From an uncultured archaeon (GTDB lineage Archaea; Asgardarchaeota; Lokiarchaeia; Sigyniarchaeales; SOKP01), in the NCBI GenBank assembly GCA_964388035.1, contig CAYLZE010000005.1, positions 3,742 to 67,741 of the forward strand: DNA of 64,000 nt. Direction: 5' to 3'. The notes under the pieces were generated by a model. The model ran no database searches. It had not been told where the DNA came from and worked only from the letters and a program-made list of their open reading frames with translations. Shown one piece after another: positions 31,673 through 41,157 of the stretch; positions within the stretch are counted from its first letter, which is position 1; each line of letters starts with the position of its first letter. Made by a program: the position numbers and the translations under genes.

Positions 31673-32767
31673 CTAATCCAAAGAAAGATAGACAATTTCG
31701 GCAAATTTGAACGTCTTCTCCTTAGCCTTTTGCCTCATACTGGTTCGCAAATCATAAATTCCAATCCTTTCGTCTTTATCCAATAAACTCTCAATTATAG
31801 GACCATAAGTATCATCACGACGCAATTTAGTCGCTAAATAACGGAAATACGCATCAAAGTCAATGTCTCTATTTTTATTCATACAAGTTACAATAAAGAA
31901 AGGCAATACGCCATCAGCATAAATCTTATTATAATCAGCTATTAACTTTTTAAATTTTGGATCATTTTGGTATAATAATTCTGGGTTTCTGCCACCAAGT
32001 CTATTAGAGGGCTTGTAACCATCATGGAATATAGGTTCGGATAAGAATCTATTGAATGTGGCTTGAAATAGAAATTGACTACTGTGGCAACCTTCCCCTT
32101 GAACAGCAATTAGGTTACCTTGGTCTGCTTGCAGAAATCCCAAAATACTGAAAATTGCTCTGGAACGATCTACAGGATCATTCACATTAAAAGTAATAAA
32201 TGAGTCTGGACCGTATCTGGCATTAACTCCTAACGTGCCAACAGTATAGAAACTAACTGTAAACATCCTATCATTTTTTTTTCCTTTATCAATATCTTCT
32301 AATTTTGCTAAATGTGTGAAAATCTCCTCGTACTTTTTAGCAGCAGCTATAAATTTGAGCATATACTTCTCATCCCACAAGTTATTTAGATCTCCATAAG
32401 GCAATAATGTCTCATATGTATATGACATAGAAGTAAAAATGGAAGCACAATCTTTAGATTCATATAATATTTTCCGGATGTCTTGTAATTCGAATTTTAT
32501 AGAGATCTTTTCTGATTCAGCTGGTTTAAATCCAGTTATTGCATTTATTTTCGGAGTAATCTCAAGCTCCAATGGTATTCTATAATTAAGAGCATCAAAA
32601 ATATCTTTCACATAATCATTAACTAAGGTAGGCGAATAACAATAATCAGAGAAGCCGTACATGTTCGGCTTTCCGTAATGCACGACATCCAGTACCCGCT
32701 TCTTTTTGAGTCGCTCTAAATAATTCCATGCCAGAGTTCTATTATATCGCGAAATTAAAGAAATCAT
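31673..32767 (-). CDS. Hypothetical protein (islet cargo)
   Basis: 364-aa ORF, no motif recognised. Confidence 0.6.
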   Translation of the reverse strand: MISLISRYNRTLAWNYLERLKKKRVLDVVHYGKPNMYGFSDYCYSPTLVNDYVKDIFDALNYRIPLELEITPKINAITGFKPAESEKISIKFELQDIRKILYESKDCASIFTSMSYTYETLLPYGDLNNLWDEKYMLKFIAAAKKYEEIFTHLAKLEDIDKGKKNDRMFTVSFYTVGTLGVNARYGPDSFITFNVNDPVDRSRAIFSILGFLQADQGNLIAVQGEGCHSSQFLFQATFNRFLSEPIFHDGYKPSNRLGGRNPELLYQNDPKFKKLIADYNKIYADGVLPFFIVTCMNKNRDIDFDAYFRYLATKLRRDDTYGPIIESLLDKDERIGIYDLRTSMRQKAKEKTFKFAEIVYLSLD

Positions 32768-32823
32768 CGCGATTTTAAGGGTTTTTTCTTAATTTTTTTT
32801 ATATTTTTTTTGGTTGAAAATTT

Positions 32824-34488
32824 TCAACTTGAAATTTTAACTTTTGAATATTTTTTCTTGAGATTTTCAACTTGTTTTAGAGGCACGTTACATTCATTTA
32901 TGTCCAAGAATTTTAAATTCATTTCCGTGAAAATCCATTCAGGTATCTTTTCCAGAGGATTTCTCCATAACCATAGTGATTTGAGCATAGGAAGAGTTCT
33001 AATTCCAAGCGGGATCTCCGTAAAATGATTATCATGTAAATCAAAAATTGCTAATTTGTTAAATCCACTTAAATCGGAAGGTAAGGAATCAAGATTATTA
33101 TAACTGAGGTTAAGTCTTTCTAATGAGGCAATCCCCTTGAAATTTGGATCAATTTTTTCTATGCAATTACGATCTACATTTAAAAGATCAAGTGCCTTGA
33201 ATTCTTCGATTTTGGCGGGCAAAAATTTAATTCTATTTTTAGAAAGATCCAATTCTTTCAACGGTCTTATGCAAGTCAATTCCACGGGAAATTCAACTAA
33301 TTCATTTCCGCTTATGTTGACATTTATGAGGGATTCCAATCCCTTCAATGATTTGGGAAGATGCTTCAGTTTACAATCCCGTAGTTCCAGCCATTCTAGA
33401 TTTTTCAAATTTCCAAACGATGCGGGTAAAAATTCCAAGGAGCATTGATCTATTATCACTTTTTTAAGATTTACCAGCATCCCTACTGATTCTGGCAACG
33501 TAATTATCCCGCTCCTATCGATCTCGAGGTTATAGAGACCTAAAAGTTCCCCGAGAGAGTCGGGAAGAGTGATTTCGGAACAATCCAGAACGGTAAGATA
33601 CTTCAACCTTTTGAGATATTTAAAGGTGGTAGGCATCCATTCTTTAGGGAGTTGCAGCAAAAATAACTGCTCCAAAGAAGGAAATTGATTGGGTCGGTCA
33701 AACAATTGTGAAAGGTCAATATGAGTCGCAGAAAAAATCTTAAGCTGGGGCAAGGGACTCAATCGGGCAACTATTTGGTTATTGGTCTGATCATGAATGC
33801 CAAGAATTTCCAAGGAAGTGAGCTTGGAGATGGCCGCTTGAAGAGTCTCGATTTGCTTCGCATCAAGGGGGTTATCTATTATTAGACGCAATTTCTCCAC
33901 GAGACCTTCTTGATTGATCCCTATATCATGGGTGGGCAAATAGAGATTAGCGGGAACCAATTTCCTTATTATAACGACAGCATCACGTTGCGTCTCAGAA
34001 ACATTCGAAAAGATTTCCTCGAGCGAAAAATATTCATGGAATTGACCTATCAGCCAAGTGCGAACGTCCTCGTTCCTGCCTTTGAGGCGTTCCAGAAGCT
34101 CCTCTTTAAACTTCATTTTAACGCACGGTATACCTTGGTTCGCCAATTCTTTGAGTAAAACGAAAGATAGATGAGAATCCAGCAATCGGGTATCATAATC
34201 ATGCATTACCCATGTCTCGAGATTGGAACAGTGGACCCAAAACGCCTCATTGGGAGCGATTAAATCTTCAAGGTCGCGTTCTTCGTATTGATAGAGGATA
34301 TCGTCGATAGACTCGATATTCTTTAGAGCGGGAAAATCATCCTCAGAAAATTCCAAAGCAACAGTCATACATGTCATTATCTCCTTTTCACCAATGAAAA
34401 TGCGAGTCTTTTCATCAATAAGCTTGAGAGTGAGGACTAGTCGTCCTTCATTATCCTTGATCGAATATTCGGAAGGTGATTTGCTCAT
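32824..34488 (-). CDS. Leucine-rich repeat protein with Lokiarchaeal N-terminal FWxHCSNL domain
   Basis: AFWVHCSNLETW..YDTRLL N-domain; about 12 LxxLxLxxN repeats. Confidence 0.85.
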   Translation of the reverse strand: MSKSPSEYSIKDNEGRLVLTLKLIDEKTRIFIGEKEIMTCMTVALEFSEDDFPALKNIESIDDILYQYEERDLEDLIAPNEAFWVHCSNLETWVMHDYDTRLLDSHLSFVLLKELANQGIPCVKMKFKEELLERLKGRNEDVRTWLIGQFHEYFSLEEIFSNVSETQRDAVVIIRKLVPANLYLPTHDIGINQEGLVEKLRLIIDNPLDAKQIETLQAAISKLTSLEILGIHDQTNNQIVARLSPLPQLKIFSATHIDLSQLFDRPNQFPSLEQLFLLQLPKEWMPTTFKYLKRLKYLTVLDCSEITLPDSLGELLGLYNLEIDRSGIITLPESVGMLVNLKKVIIDQCSLEFLPASFGNLKNLEWLELRDCKLKHLPKSLKGLESLINVNISGNELVEFPVELTCIRPLKELDLSKNRIKFLPAKIEEFKALDLLNVDRNCIEKIDPNFKGIASLERLNLSYNNLDSLPSDLSGFNKLAIFDLHDNHFTEIPLGIRTLPMLKSLWLWRNPLEKIPEWIFTEMNLKFLDINECNVPLKQVENLKKKYSKVKISS

Positions 34489-34590
34489 GGTTTGGTCTAT
34501 AATTAAGAAGAAGCGAACGCTTAAAAAATTAGCGTCTTGATAAAATTTCTAATTTCTAAATTCTACTTTTATCGCTAATAAAAATAAAGA

Positions 34591-34686
34591 AAATTCTTCC
34601 CTTGACAATTCGACGAGAGAATCCCGATGGGGAATATCAAGATGTTCCCATCTCCAAGCTCATTCTAAAAAAAGAATAATTTTTTA
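34591..34686 (+). repeat. 96-bp direct repeat, copy 2 (orphan rpo6 3' end; attR-like)
   Basis: Encodes [28 protein letters not shown] with no 5' part of the gene. Confidence 0.9.
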
Positions 34687-34693
34687 CTACGTC

Positions 34694-35140
34694 TTATTGT
34701 ACTCTATTTTTTCCCCTTTCTGTTAAATAATAAACCCGATTTTCTCCCACAATTTCGGAAGCTACGTACCCTTTTGCAATTAGATTCGCAAGAATTTCTT
34801 CTAATTCTGCTTTCTTCATTGGTTCCAGTCCTAATGGCATCCTACTCTGATTCATTACGATAGCAATGCGTGTTAAGAACAATCGTTTGCCTATGAAACA
34901 TTCCAGCATGGTCCTTTCATCGTTGGTTAAGGTTTCAAATGAATCATGAGTTAGAATTTGAGTTTTCAAGGTGGTAGCTAAATTAATCGCTTCTTGACTC
35001 GGTTCTTGCTTTTTCGTGGTGACATGCTTGAGTTTAACTTTATCTTTAGCCACTTTTCCTTTTTTCTCTTCATTTTCTTTTCCCTCTTCTACTTCATTTT
35101 CTTCTACTTTTTCTTTATCATCCATGGAGAGTATCCTCAA
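34694..35140 (-). CDS. Hypothetical protein with C-terminal winged helix
   Basis: Acidic/basic N-terminus; LIAKGYV..RVYYLTERG wHTH wing. Confidence 0.65.
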   Translation of the reverse strand: MRILSMDDKEKVEENEVEEGKENEEKKGKVAKDKVKLKHVTTKKQEPSQEAINLATTLKTQILTHDSFETLTNDERTMLECFIGKRLFLTRIAIVMNQSRMPLGLEPMKKAELEEILANLIAKGYVASEIVGENRVYYLTERGKNRVQ

Positions 35141-35335
35141 GTAATATTATTTTGTTTTAAAATTATTATCATTATAATCATTTAGACACTTCATATAAAA
35201 AAGTTTATTCGTTTAAAGATATTTATTTTTTCACGTGACTTAATATAATTATGCATGGTGCTTCATTGCCGAGCTTCTACGTTTAGAAGGTGTAGATATA
35301 AATTAATTCCTTAATTACAATAATCTGTTTATATC

Positions 35336-35899
35336 ATGAAAAAAACCATCCATTTGAAAGACACGCAAGAAAAAGTCGTGCTTAGGCATGTAAAGAAAAC
35401 CGATGTGGATGGAATTTGGAATAACTTCAATCAAGTGGTTGAGGAAGGAATATATCTTCCCGTGTTTCTTCCCGTGCTTTCAGATTATGAAAAAAAAACG
35501 TGGTATGACAATATAAAAAAAGATAATGAAGTATGTATCGTGGCAGAACTCCTGTCTCTCAAAAATCCTTATAATATCGTGGGGCAATGCGAGATTTCTA
35601 ATTCTGAATGGGAAGCGGCATCTCATGTCGGAATTTTAGGAATAATAGTCAATAGTCATTATCGCAACATGGGAATAGGGAAAGCTTTAATTGATTTTGC
35701 CATCAGTGAATCCAAAAGAATTAATAATAAAAAAAAGATTGTTCTCAGCTGTTTTTCGAGTAATAGAAGGGCTATCCATCTCTACAAAAAGCTGGGATTT
35801 AAGAAAGTGGGGATGAGAAAAAAGCAATTTTTTCTGAATTCTGTCTATTATGATGAAGTGATGATGGAATTGTGGATTGATGATTATTTAAAATTATAA
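35336..35899 (+). CDS. GNAT-family N-acetyltransferase
   Basis: YRNMGIGKAL, NRRAIHLYKKLGF. Confidence 0.9.
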   Translation: MKKTIHLKDTQEKVVLRHVKKTDVDGIWNNFNQVVEEGIYLPVFLPVLSDYEKKTWYDNIKKDNEVCIVAELLSLKNPYNIVGQCEISNSEWEAASHVGILGIIVNSHYRNMGIGKALIDFAISESKRINNKKKIVLSCFSSNRRAIHLYKKLGFKKVGMRKKQFFLNSVYYDEVMMELWIDDYLKL

Positions 35900-35960
35900 A
35901 TGCTTGAAACAAATTATTTCCTAAAAAGACGTTAAATGAATTCCTATCCATTACGTAAAG

Positions 35961-37418
35961 TTAAGGATATCTATTTTTTCGACGATACAATTCCCAACTA
36001 TGCTTGGTGAGCGGATTTTGATTTAAGAAGATAAAATTAAGATTTCTTAATTTTTCTATTCCCTTAAATTGGGTAATGTTATTTCTTTCAAGAAAGAGAA
36101 TTATCAGGCTTTCTAAATTATCAAATCCTTCCATTTCTTTAATGGCATTTTTATCTAAGAAGAGTTCTTGTAATTTGTGGAGGCTATCCAAGCCTTCAAT
36201 TTTTTCTATTTGATTCCCCGAAAGTTCTAGCTTCCGAAGATTAGTTAATGCATCTAAATTTTCAATTTTTAAAATGAAATTATTGGAGAGATACAATCCT
36301 TTTAAGGAATGGCTTTCAGTCAATCCATCGATATGAGAGATACAATTGTCATTAAGATGGAGCCAGAGTAAATCTTTAAGCATTTCTAATCCTTCTATCC
36401 GGGTAATTTTATTTAAGGCAAGATTCAGATTTTTTAATCGGGTTAATTCCTGGAAATTCTGAATTTGGGAAAGATTATTATTGCTCATGCTTAACGTTTC
36501 GAGTCGATTCAATCGTTCTAATCCGTTAATTTCCGTAATTTGATTATTGTCTAATATTAGTGTCTTTAAATTCCTCAAAGGAGAGAGATTTTCTATTTTT
36601 TTTATGAGATTATGAGACATGTCCAAGAGCTCTAAATTAGAAAGTTGCTCGAGATGTTCGATAGTCTGGATGAGATTATTACTTAAATTCAGTGTCTTTA
36701 ATAATTTTAAATGTTCTAATCCGGATACACAAGAAATCTGGTTTTTTTGTAGCAAGAGATGCTCCAAATTGGGGAGTAATTCTAGATATTTTATATCCGA
36801 TATTTGCCTTAGATTGGAACCCTCACAGTTCAATAAGATGATATCCGCATCTTTTAGGGTTACACTATATCCACATCCATTCACGTAATAATCCTTTAAA
36901 GTCAAATTATAAGAAAGAGTGGTTAATTCGGGGGTGATGCTCGTCCATTCTGAAAGTTTTGGAAAAATCCATTCTAATTTTTCTATTTCGCTTCTTTTAT
37001 GAGTTAGTATTAAATAGTTCATGTATTTTTTTAATAAGTTTAGGGACTCTTGATCATTAATAGTGCTAAGGGCATTAATAGTTAATAATTTTTGATCAAT
37101 AGTTCCACTCTTAAGTAATATATACTGAAAGAGAGAAGGCAATTCGGGATGATGGCAGTAACTTTCTTTCAATACCTGCCCCGCTAATTGCTTTATGGGT
37201 TCGGACTCATCCGAGAGAAAAAGCTGCACGTAAAATGAAAAATCATCTCCCATTTCCCTTGTTCTAAGTATTTCTAAGGCTTTAACTCTCCGTGGTAACT
37301 CATTTGAATTAGAAATGATTTCTTTTAAAAAGGTAACTCCTTCTTTATCACTAATTTTTGTCAGATATGATTCGAAATCATCAGAATTACTATTCATGGG
37401 ATCTGATAACGTTCTCAA
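35961..37418 (-). CDS. HEAT-like N-terminus plus SDS22-type leucine-rich repeat protein
   Basis: About 12 22-aa repeats LxxLxLxxNxIxxIEGL. Confidence 0.85.
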   Translation of the reverse strand: MRTLSDPMNSNSDDFESYLTKISDKEGVTFLKEIISNSNELPRRVKALEILRTREMGDDFSFYVQLFLSDESEPIKQLAGQVLKESYCHHPELPSLFQYILLKSGTIDQKLLTINALSTINDQESLNLLKKYMNYLILTHKRSEIEKLEWIFPKLSEWTSITPELTTLSYNLTLKDYYVNGCGYSVTLKDADIILLNCEGSNLRQISDIKYLELLPNLEHLLLQKNQISCVSGLEHLKLLKTLNLSNNLIQTIEHLEQLSNLELLDMSHNLIKKIENLSPLRNLKTLILDNNQITEINGLERLNRLETLSMSNNNLSQIQNFQELTRLKNLNLALNKITRIEGLEMLKDLLWLHLNDNCISHIDGLTESHSLKGLYLSNNFILKIENLDALTNLRKLELSGNQIEKIEGLDSLHKLQELFLDKNAIKEMEGFDNLESLIILFLERNNITQFKGIEKLRNLNFIFLNQNPLTKHSWELYRRKNRYP

Positions 37419-37513
37419 ATGCTTAATTATCCTTATAATGATTATACCTTGTTATTCTACACTTTTAATTGTATATTACAAGGATGAGAAGTAATAATTA
37501 AATAATATTCGTT

Positions 37514-38599
37514 TCATGAATAAATGTATTCTTTAACGCTATGATCCTTATCCATGATATCAGCTAAGGCACTATCAAAATGTTTTTGGGTAATCTTTTT
37601 GTTCCTTTCTCTTAAACACTTTATTCCCGCTTCGGTGCACAAAGCTTTAATGTGGGCTCCACTAAATCCATCTGTCACTTTTGCAAGTCGGTTAAAATCC
37701 ACATTGTCTAAATTCATCTTTCTGGTGTGTATTTTTAAAATGCTCAATCGAGCTTCTTCATTAGGTAACCCGAATCGTATTATCCTGTCAAATCGCCCCG
37801 GTCTCAAAATCGCAGGATCAAGCACATCTTCGCGATTAGTAGCCGCTAAAAACATTATACCTTCCGTGTTGGCAAATCCATCCAATTCACTCAACAATTG
37901 CATGAAAGTCCTCTGTACCTCCCGGTCGCCCTTATATACCTCGCTTGTACGCTTTACTGCTATGGCGTCGATCTCATCTATGAAAATTATGGCAGGAATG
38001 TTGATTTTTGCCAGGGTAAAAACTTCTCTGACCATCCTCGAACCCTCCCCGATAAATTTCTGTACTAAATCAGATCCTACTAAATGAATGAATCTCGCAT
38101 TTGTTGAATTTGCAATGGCTTTTGCTAAGAGAGTCTTTCCCGTTCCGGGAGGACCGGATAATAGCGCTCCTGAGGGAGCTTCAATCCCTATCTCTTCAAA
38201 AATCTCAGGATGCAATAAGGGTAATTCTATGACTTCTCGAATGGCCTGTATTTGGTCGTCCAATCCCCCAATATCTTCAAAAGTCACGTTCGGATTCTCC
38301 ATTAATTCCATGGCCGCCACGTGCCCTCGAATGTTTTTTGATAAGATTTCTATAATTTGAAAACTACTTCCATGGAGACTGACCAGATCCCCCGGTGATA
38401 AATTCTCCAAATCGGGTCTGGGCGGTATTAGAATGCGATTACCGGGAGCATGAGAAATAACTACACGCCCATCTTTTAATACCTTCTCAACCGTCCCAAT
38501 GATGAGAGGGTTTTCTTTCATTCGATTTAAGATGGTTCTAAGTTGCTCATTCTCTCGCTCTAATACGCGAATTCTTTTTATATAATCTGATTCAGTCAT
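37514..38599 (-). CDS. pan: Proteasome-activating nucleotidase (AAA+)
   Basis: N-terminal coiled coil and OB fold, GPPGTGKT, FIDEID, LDPAILRPGRFDR, C-terminal HbYX (IYS). Confidence 0.9.
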   Translation of the reverse strand: MTESDYIKRIRVLERENEQLRTILNRMKENPLIIGTVEKVLKDGRVVISHAPGNRILIPPRPDLENLSPGDLVSLHGSSFQIIEILSKNIRGHVAAMELMENPNVTFEDIGGLDDQIQAIREVIELPLLHPEIFEEIGIEAPSGALLSGPPGTGKTLLAKAIANSTNARFIHLVGSDLVQKFIGEGSRMVREVFTLAKINIPAIIFIDEIDAIAVKRTSEVYKGDREVQRTFMQLLSELDGFANTEGIMFLAATNREDVLDPAILRPGRFDRIIRFGLPNEEARLSILKIHTRKMNLDNVDFNRLAKVTDGFSGAHIKALCTEAGIKCLRERNKKITQKHFDSALADIMDKDHSVKEYIYS

Positions 38600-39044
38600 G
38601 ATATAATCTCTATGCTAAGAAAAGATTTATTGCAAAAATAATTTTTTACTTATTTTTTACTTATTTCTCCTCAAAATTAAACGAAAAAAAAAAATCCACT
38701 GAATTTAAATTCTCATGTCTATAATAAATACATATTTCTAAATATTCTCGTGAAAAAAATGATTTTACCTTCAACTCCATCGCAAAAACAGTTAGAACTT
38801 CAAAAATTTGTGCTCAAATCTGGAAATCTCGACGTTTTATTTTCATTCAAGAACTTCGATTTTTTATTCAAATATACATCGATTTGAGTTTTTGAATAGA
38901 AAAAATTTAAATATCAAATCAAATATCAAATTTATAAGCATTTATAATTTCCACACAAAAAATAATATTATTGTAAAAGTAAAAAATATCTAATCTATTA
39001 TTAAATAATAAAAAATATAAAAAACCACGAGCTGAAAATAGAAT

Positions 39045-40254
39045 ATGGCTGAAGAAGAAAGCTTTTTAAGTGCAAAAGCATTAGTGGTTGACAACGGTAC
39101 AGGAATCTCTAAAAACGGATTTGCTGGTGAGGACCAACCCCGTTCCGTGTTTCCAACTTTAATCGGGTACCCCAAATATGAAAGTATAATGACTGATGTC
39201 GAGCATTATACGAGAGAATACTATATCGGGGAAGAAGCAATGCAACTCAAGGGTGTATTGAAATTAATGTTCCCCGTAGAACACGGAATCATAGAAGATT
39301 GGACTGCCATGGAAAAAATATGGCACTACACCTTTTATACGGATTTGAGAATTGATCCCAGCGAACATCCCGTTCTCTTAACCGAAGCCCCCTTAAATCC
39401 ACGACCAAACAGAGAGAAAATGGCAGAAATCATGTTCGAAACTTTCAACGTGCCCGCGCTTTATGTTGCCATGCAAGCAGTTCTTTCCCTTTACGCGTCT
39501 GGTAGAACCACCGGATGTGTTATTGATATTGGCGACGGAGTGTCTCACGTTGTACCTATTTTTGAAGGTTTTGCGTTGAGCCATGCAATTCAGAGAATTG
39601 ATTTAGCCGGCAGAGATATTACCACTTATCTCCAACGTCTTTTACGACAAAAAGGTCATTCCTTTACGACTTCTGCGGAAAAAGAAATTGTTCGAGATAT
39701 CAAGGAAAAACTCTGCTACGTGGCCATCGATCCTGAAAAAGAAATGATGCTCTCCAAAAAAGTGGCGGGCATGGAAAAGAGCTACATGCTTCCTGACGGT
39801 GAAACCATTAATGTAGGTGTCGAACGATTTTTAGCTCCTGAATGCTTCTTTAATCCTTCCGTCATTGGAAAGGAATTGGAACCATTAGACGATGTCGTCG
39901 TAGGAGCAATTTCCGAGTGCGATGTTGACTTGAGAAGAGATTTATACAGCAACATTGTACTCTCTGGTGGATCTACCATGTTCCCCGGAATAAAGGAACG
40001 TTTGACTAAAGAAATAAAAGAACAGATCCCCGAATCAGTAGATGTAAAAATAATCGCACCTCCCGAAAGAATGTATTCCGTTTGGATCGGCGGCTCAATC
40101 TTGTCGTCTCTTAAAACCTTCCACCGAATGTGGGTCACTAGACGCGAAACCGAAAGAGATCAAAGAATCTCTCGGCGCGAGTACAAAGAAATGGGCCCAC
40201 AAGTAAAGAGAATCGAAAGAGATTCGATTTCGCTTAATTCATCGCTGCTTTTAA
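39045..40254 (+). CDS. Lokiactin (Asgard actin), three exons: 39045-40148, 40182-40206, 40238-40254; spliced product 381 aa
   Basis: Actin motifs throughout ([35 protein letters not shown]). Removing the two inserts yields ...[19 protein letters not shown], aligning with the eukaryotic actin C-terminus. Confidence 0.93.
40149..40181 (+). other. Predicted BHB/BHL mRNA intron 1 of actin (33 nt, in frame)
   Basis: CGCG/CGCG helix, bulge AA|A, intron stem CCGA..GAGAU/AUCUC.UCGG, 3' site AG|U. Confidence 0.8.
40207..40237 (+). other. Predicted BHB-like mRNA intron 2 of actin (31 nt, frameshifting)
   Basis: AAGU/GCUU helix, bulge AA|A, intron stem AAUCGAA/UUCGAUU, 3' site AA|U. Confidence 0.82.
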
Positions 40255-40285
40255 GCACGATGCGGGCCCTTCAAATCGCGAATTA

Positions 40286-40330
40286 ATTTTTTTTTAATTA
40301 TTTAAATTTTTTTTATATTTTTATATTTTA
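40286..40330 (+). terminator. Oligo-T archaeal terminator after actin
   Basis: Several T runs (up to 9 nt) immediately downstream. Confidence 0.55.
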
Positions 40331-40852
40331 CCCATAAATTAATTGATCAAATCAAGTTCAGTCTATTTTTCAATAGCAATTAAGAATAAATTATTTTATG
40401 TACGAAAATTTCTAAAAAAAATATTATTATTTAGATTGAGGATAGTTTTTTTGTTATCAAAAAAAGGTTTTTTGTGCTAATAATCTATGAAAAAATTCAA
40501 TAAGAAGCTTGCTTTTGTCCTTTTTTTTTATAAAAAATGGTTATTGTAGAGCGCTTGAATAAGTATCAATTAATCTTAACACTTTAGGATTTAATATTTT
40601 TATTATGAAAATTGAATTCTTGAGGTACATTCGCATAATATTCTCAATTTATGAAGTTTAAAATTCAAAATAAGAAGTATATGGTGTCTTTTAGCAAGAT
40701 CAAGTTCAAGGGCACATATAGTATTACCCAAAAGAAAAATTCCCAATGAAGTACCAAATTACTATTCCGATCCTAAAAAAAGTCGGAAAGAAGTCAAAAA
40801 AATAGGAGAAAAAAAAAAGGAGAATGACGGAACCATTTTTTCTGTTAGCAGT

Positions 40853-41157
40853 GAAGAGCAGGGCAAAGAACTTCCCAAGCAGAAGGAAAAGAACTTAAAA
40901 TTCCTGACGAAAGAACAGGGCAAAGAACTTCTCAAGCAGAAGGAGAAAAACTTAAAATTCCTAACGGAAGAGCAGGGCAAAGAACTTCTCAAGCAGAAAA
41001 GGGAGATTTTAAAATTCCTAACGGAAGAGCAGGGCAAAGAACTTCTCAGGCAGAAGAGGGAGATTTTAAAATTCTTGACGGAAGAGCAGGGCAAAGAACT
41101 TCTCAAGCAGAAAAGGGAGATTTTAAAATTCTTGACGGAAGAGCAAGGAAAGGAACC
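40853..41157 (+). repeat. 57-bp coding tandem repeat, 5 full units plus a partial (EEQGKELLKQKREILKFLT)
   Basis: GAAGAGCAGGGCAAAGAACTT (or variant) recurs at 40853, 40910, 40967, 41024, 41081, 41138. Confidence 0.92.

Noticed and set aside
37554-38360. Long antisense ORFs opposite pan (likewise opposite the ABC genes, actin and the repeat region 40762-41490)
   Set aside because: Shadow ORFs of well-supported genes on the other strand; no motifs.
40255-40286. ORF-track actin C-terminal extension (413 aa, ...[10 protein letters not shown])
   Set aside because: Read-through of the frameshifting insert; the conserved IHRCF* end lies in another frame.
40853-41157. 57-bp repeats as a CRISPR array
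   Set aside because: Units are contiguous, a multiple of 3 nt, in an open frame, and have no unique spacers.
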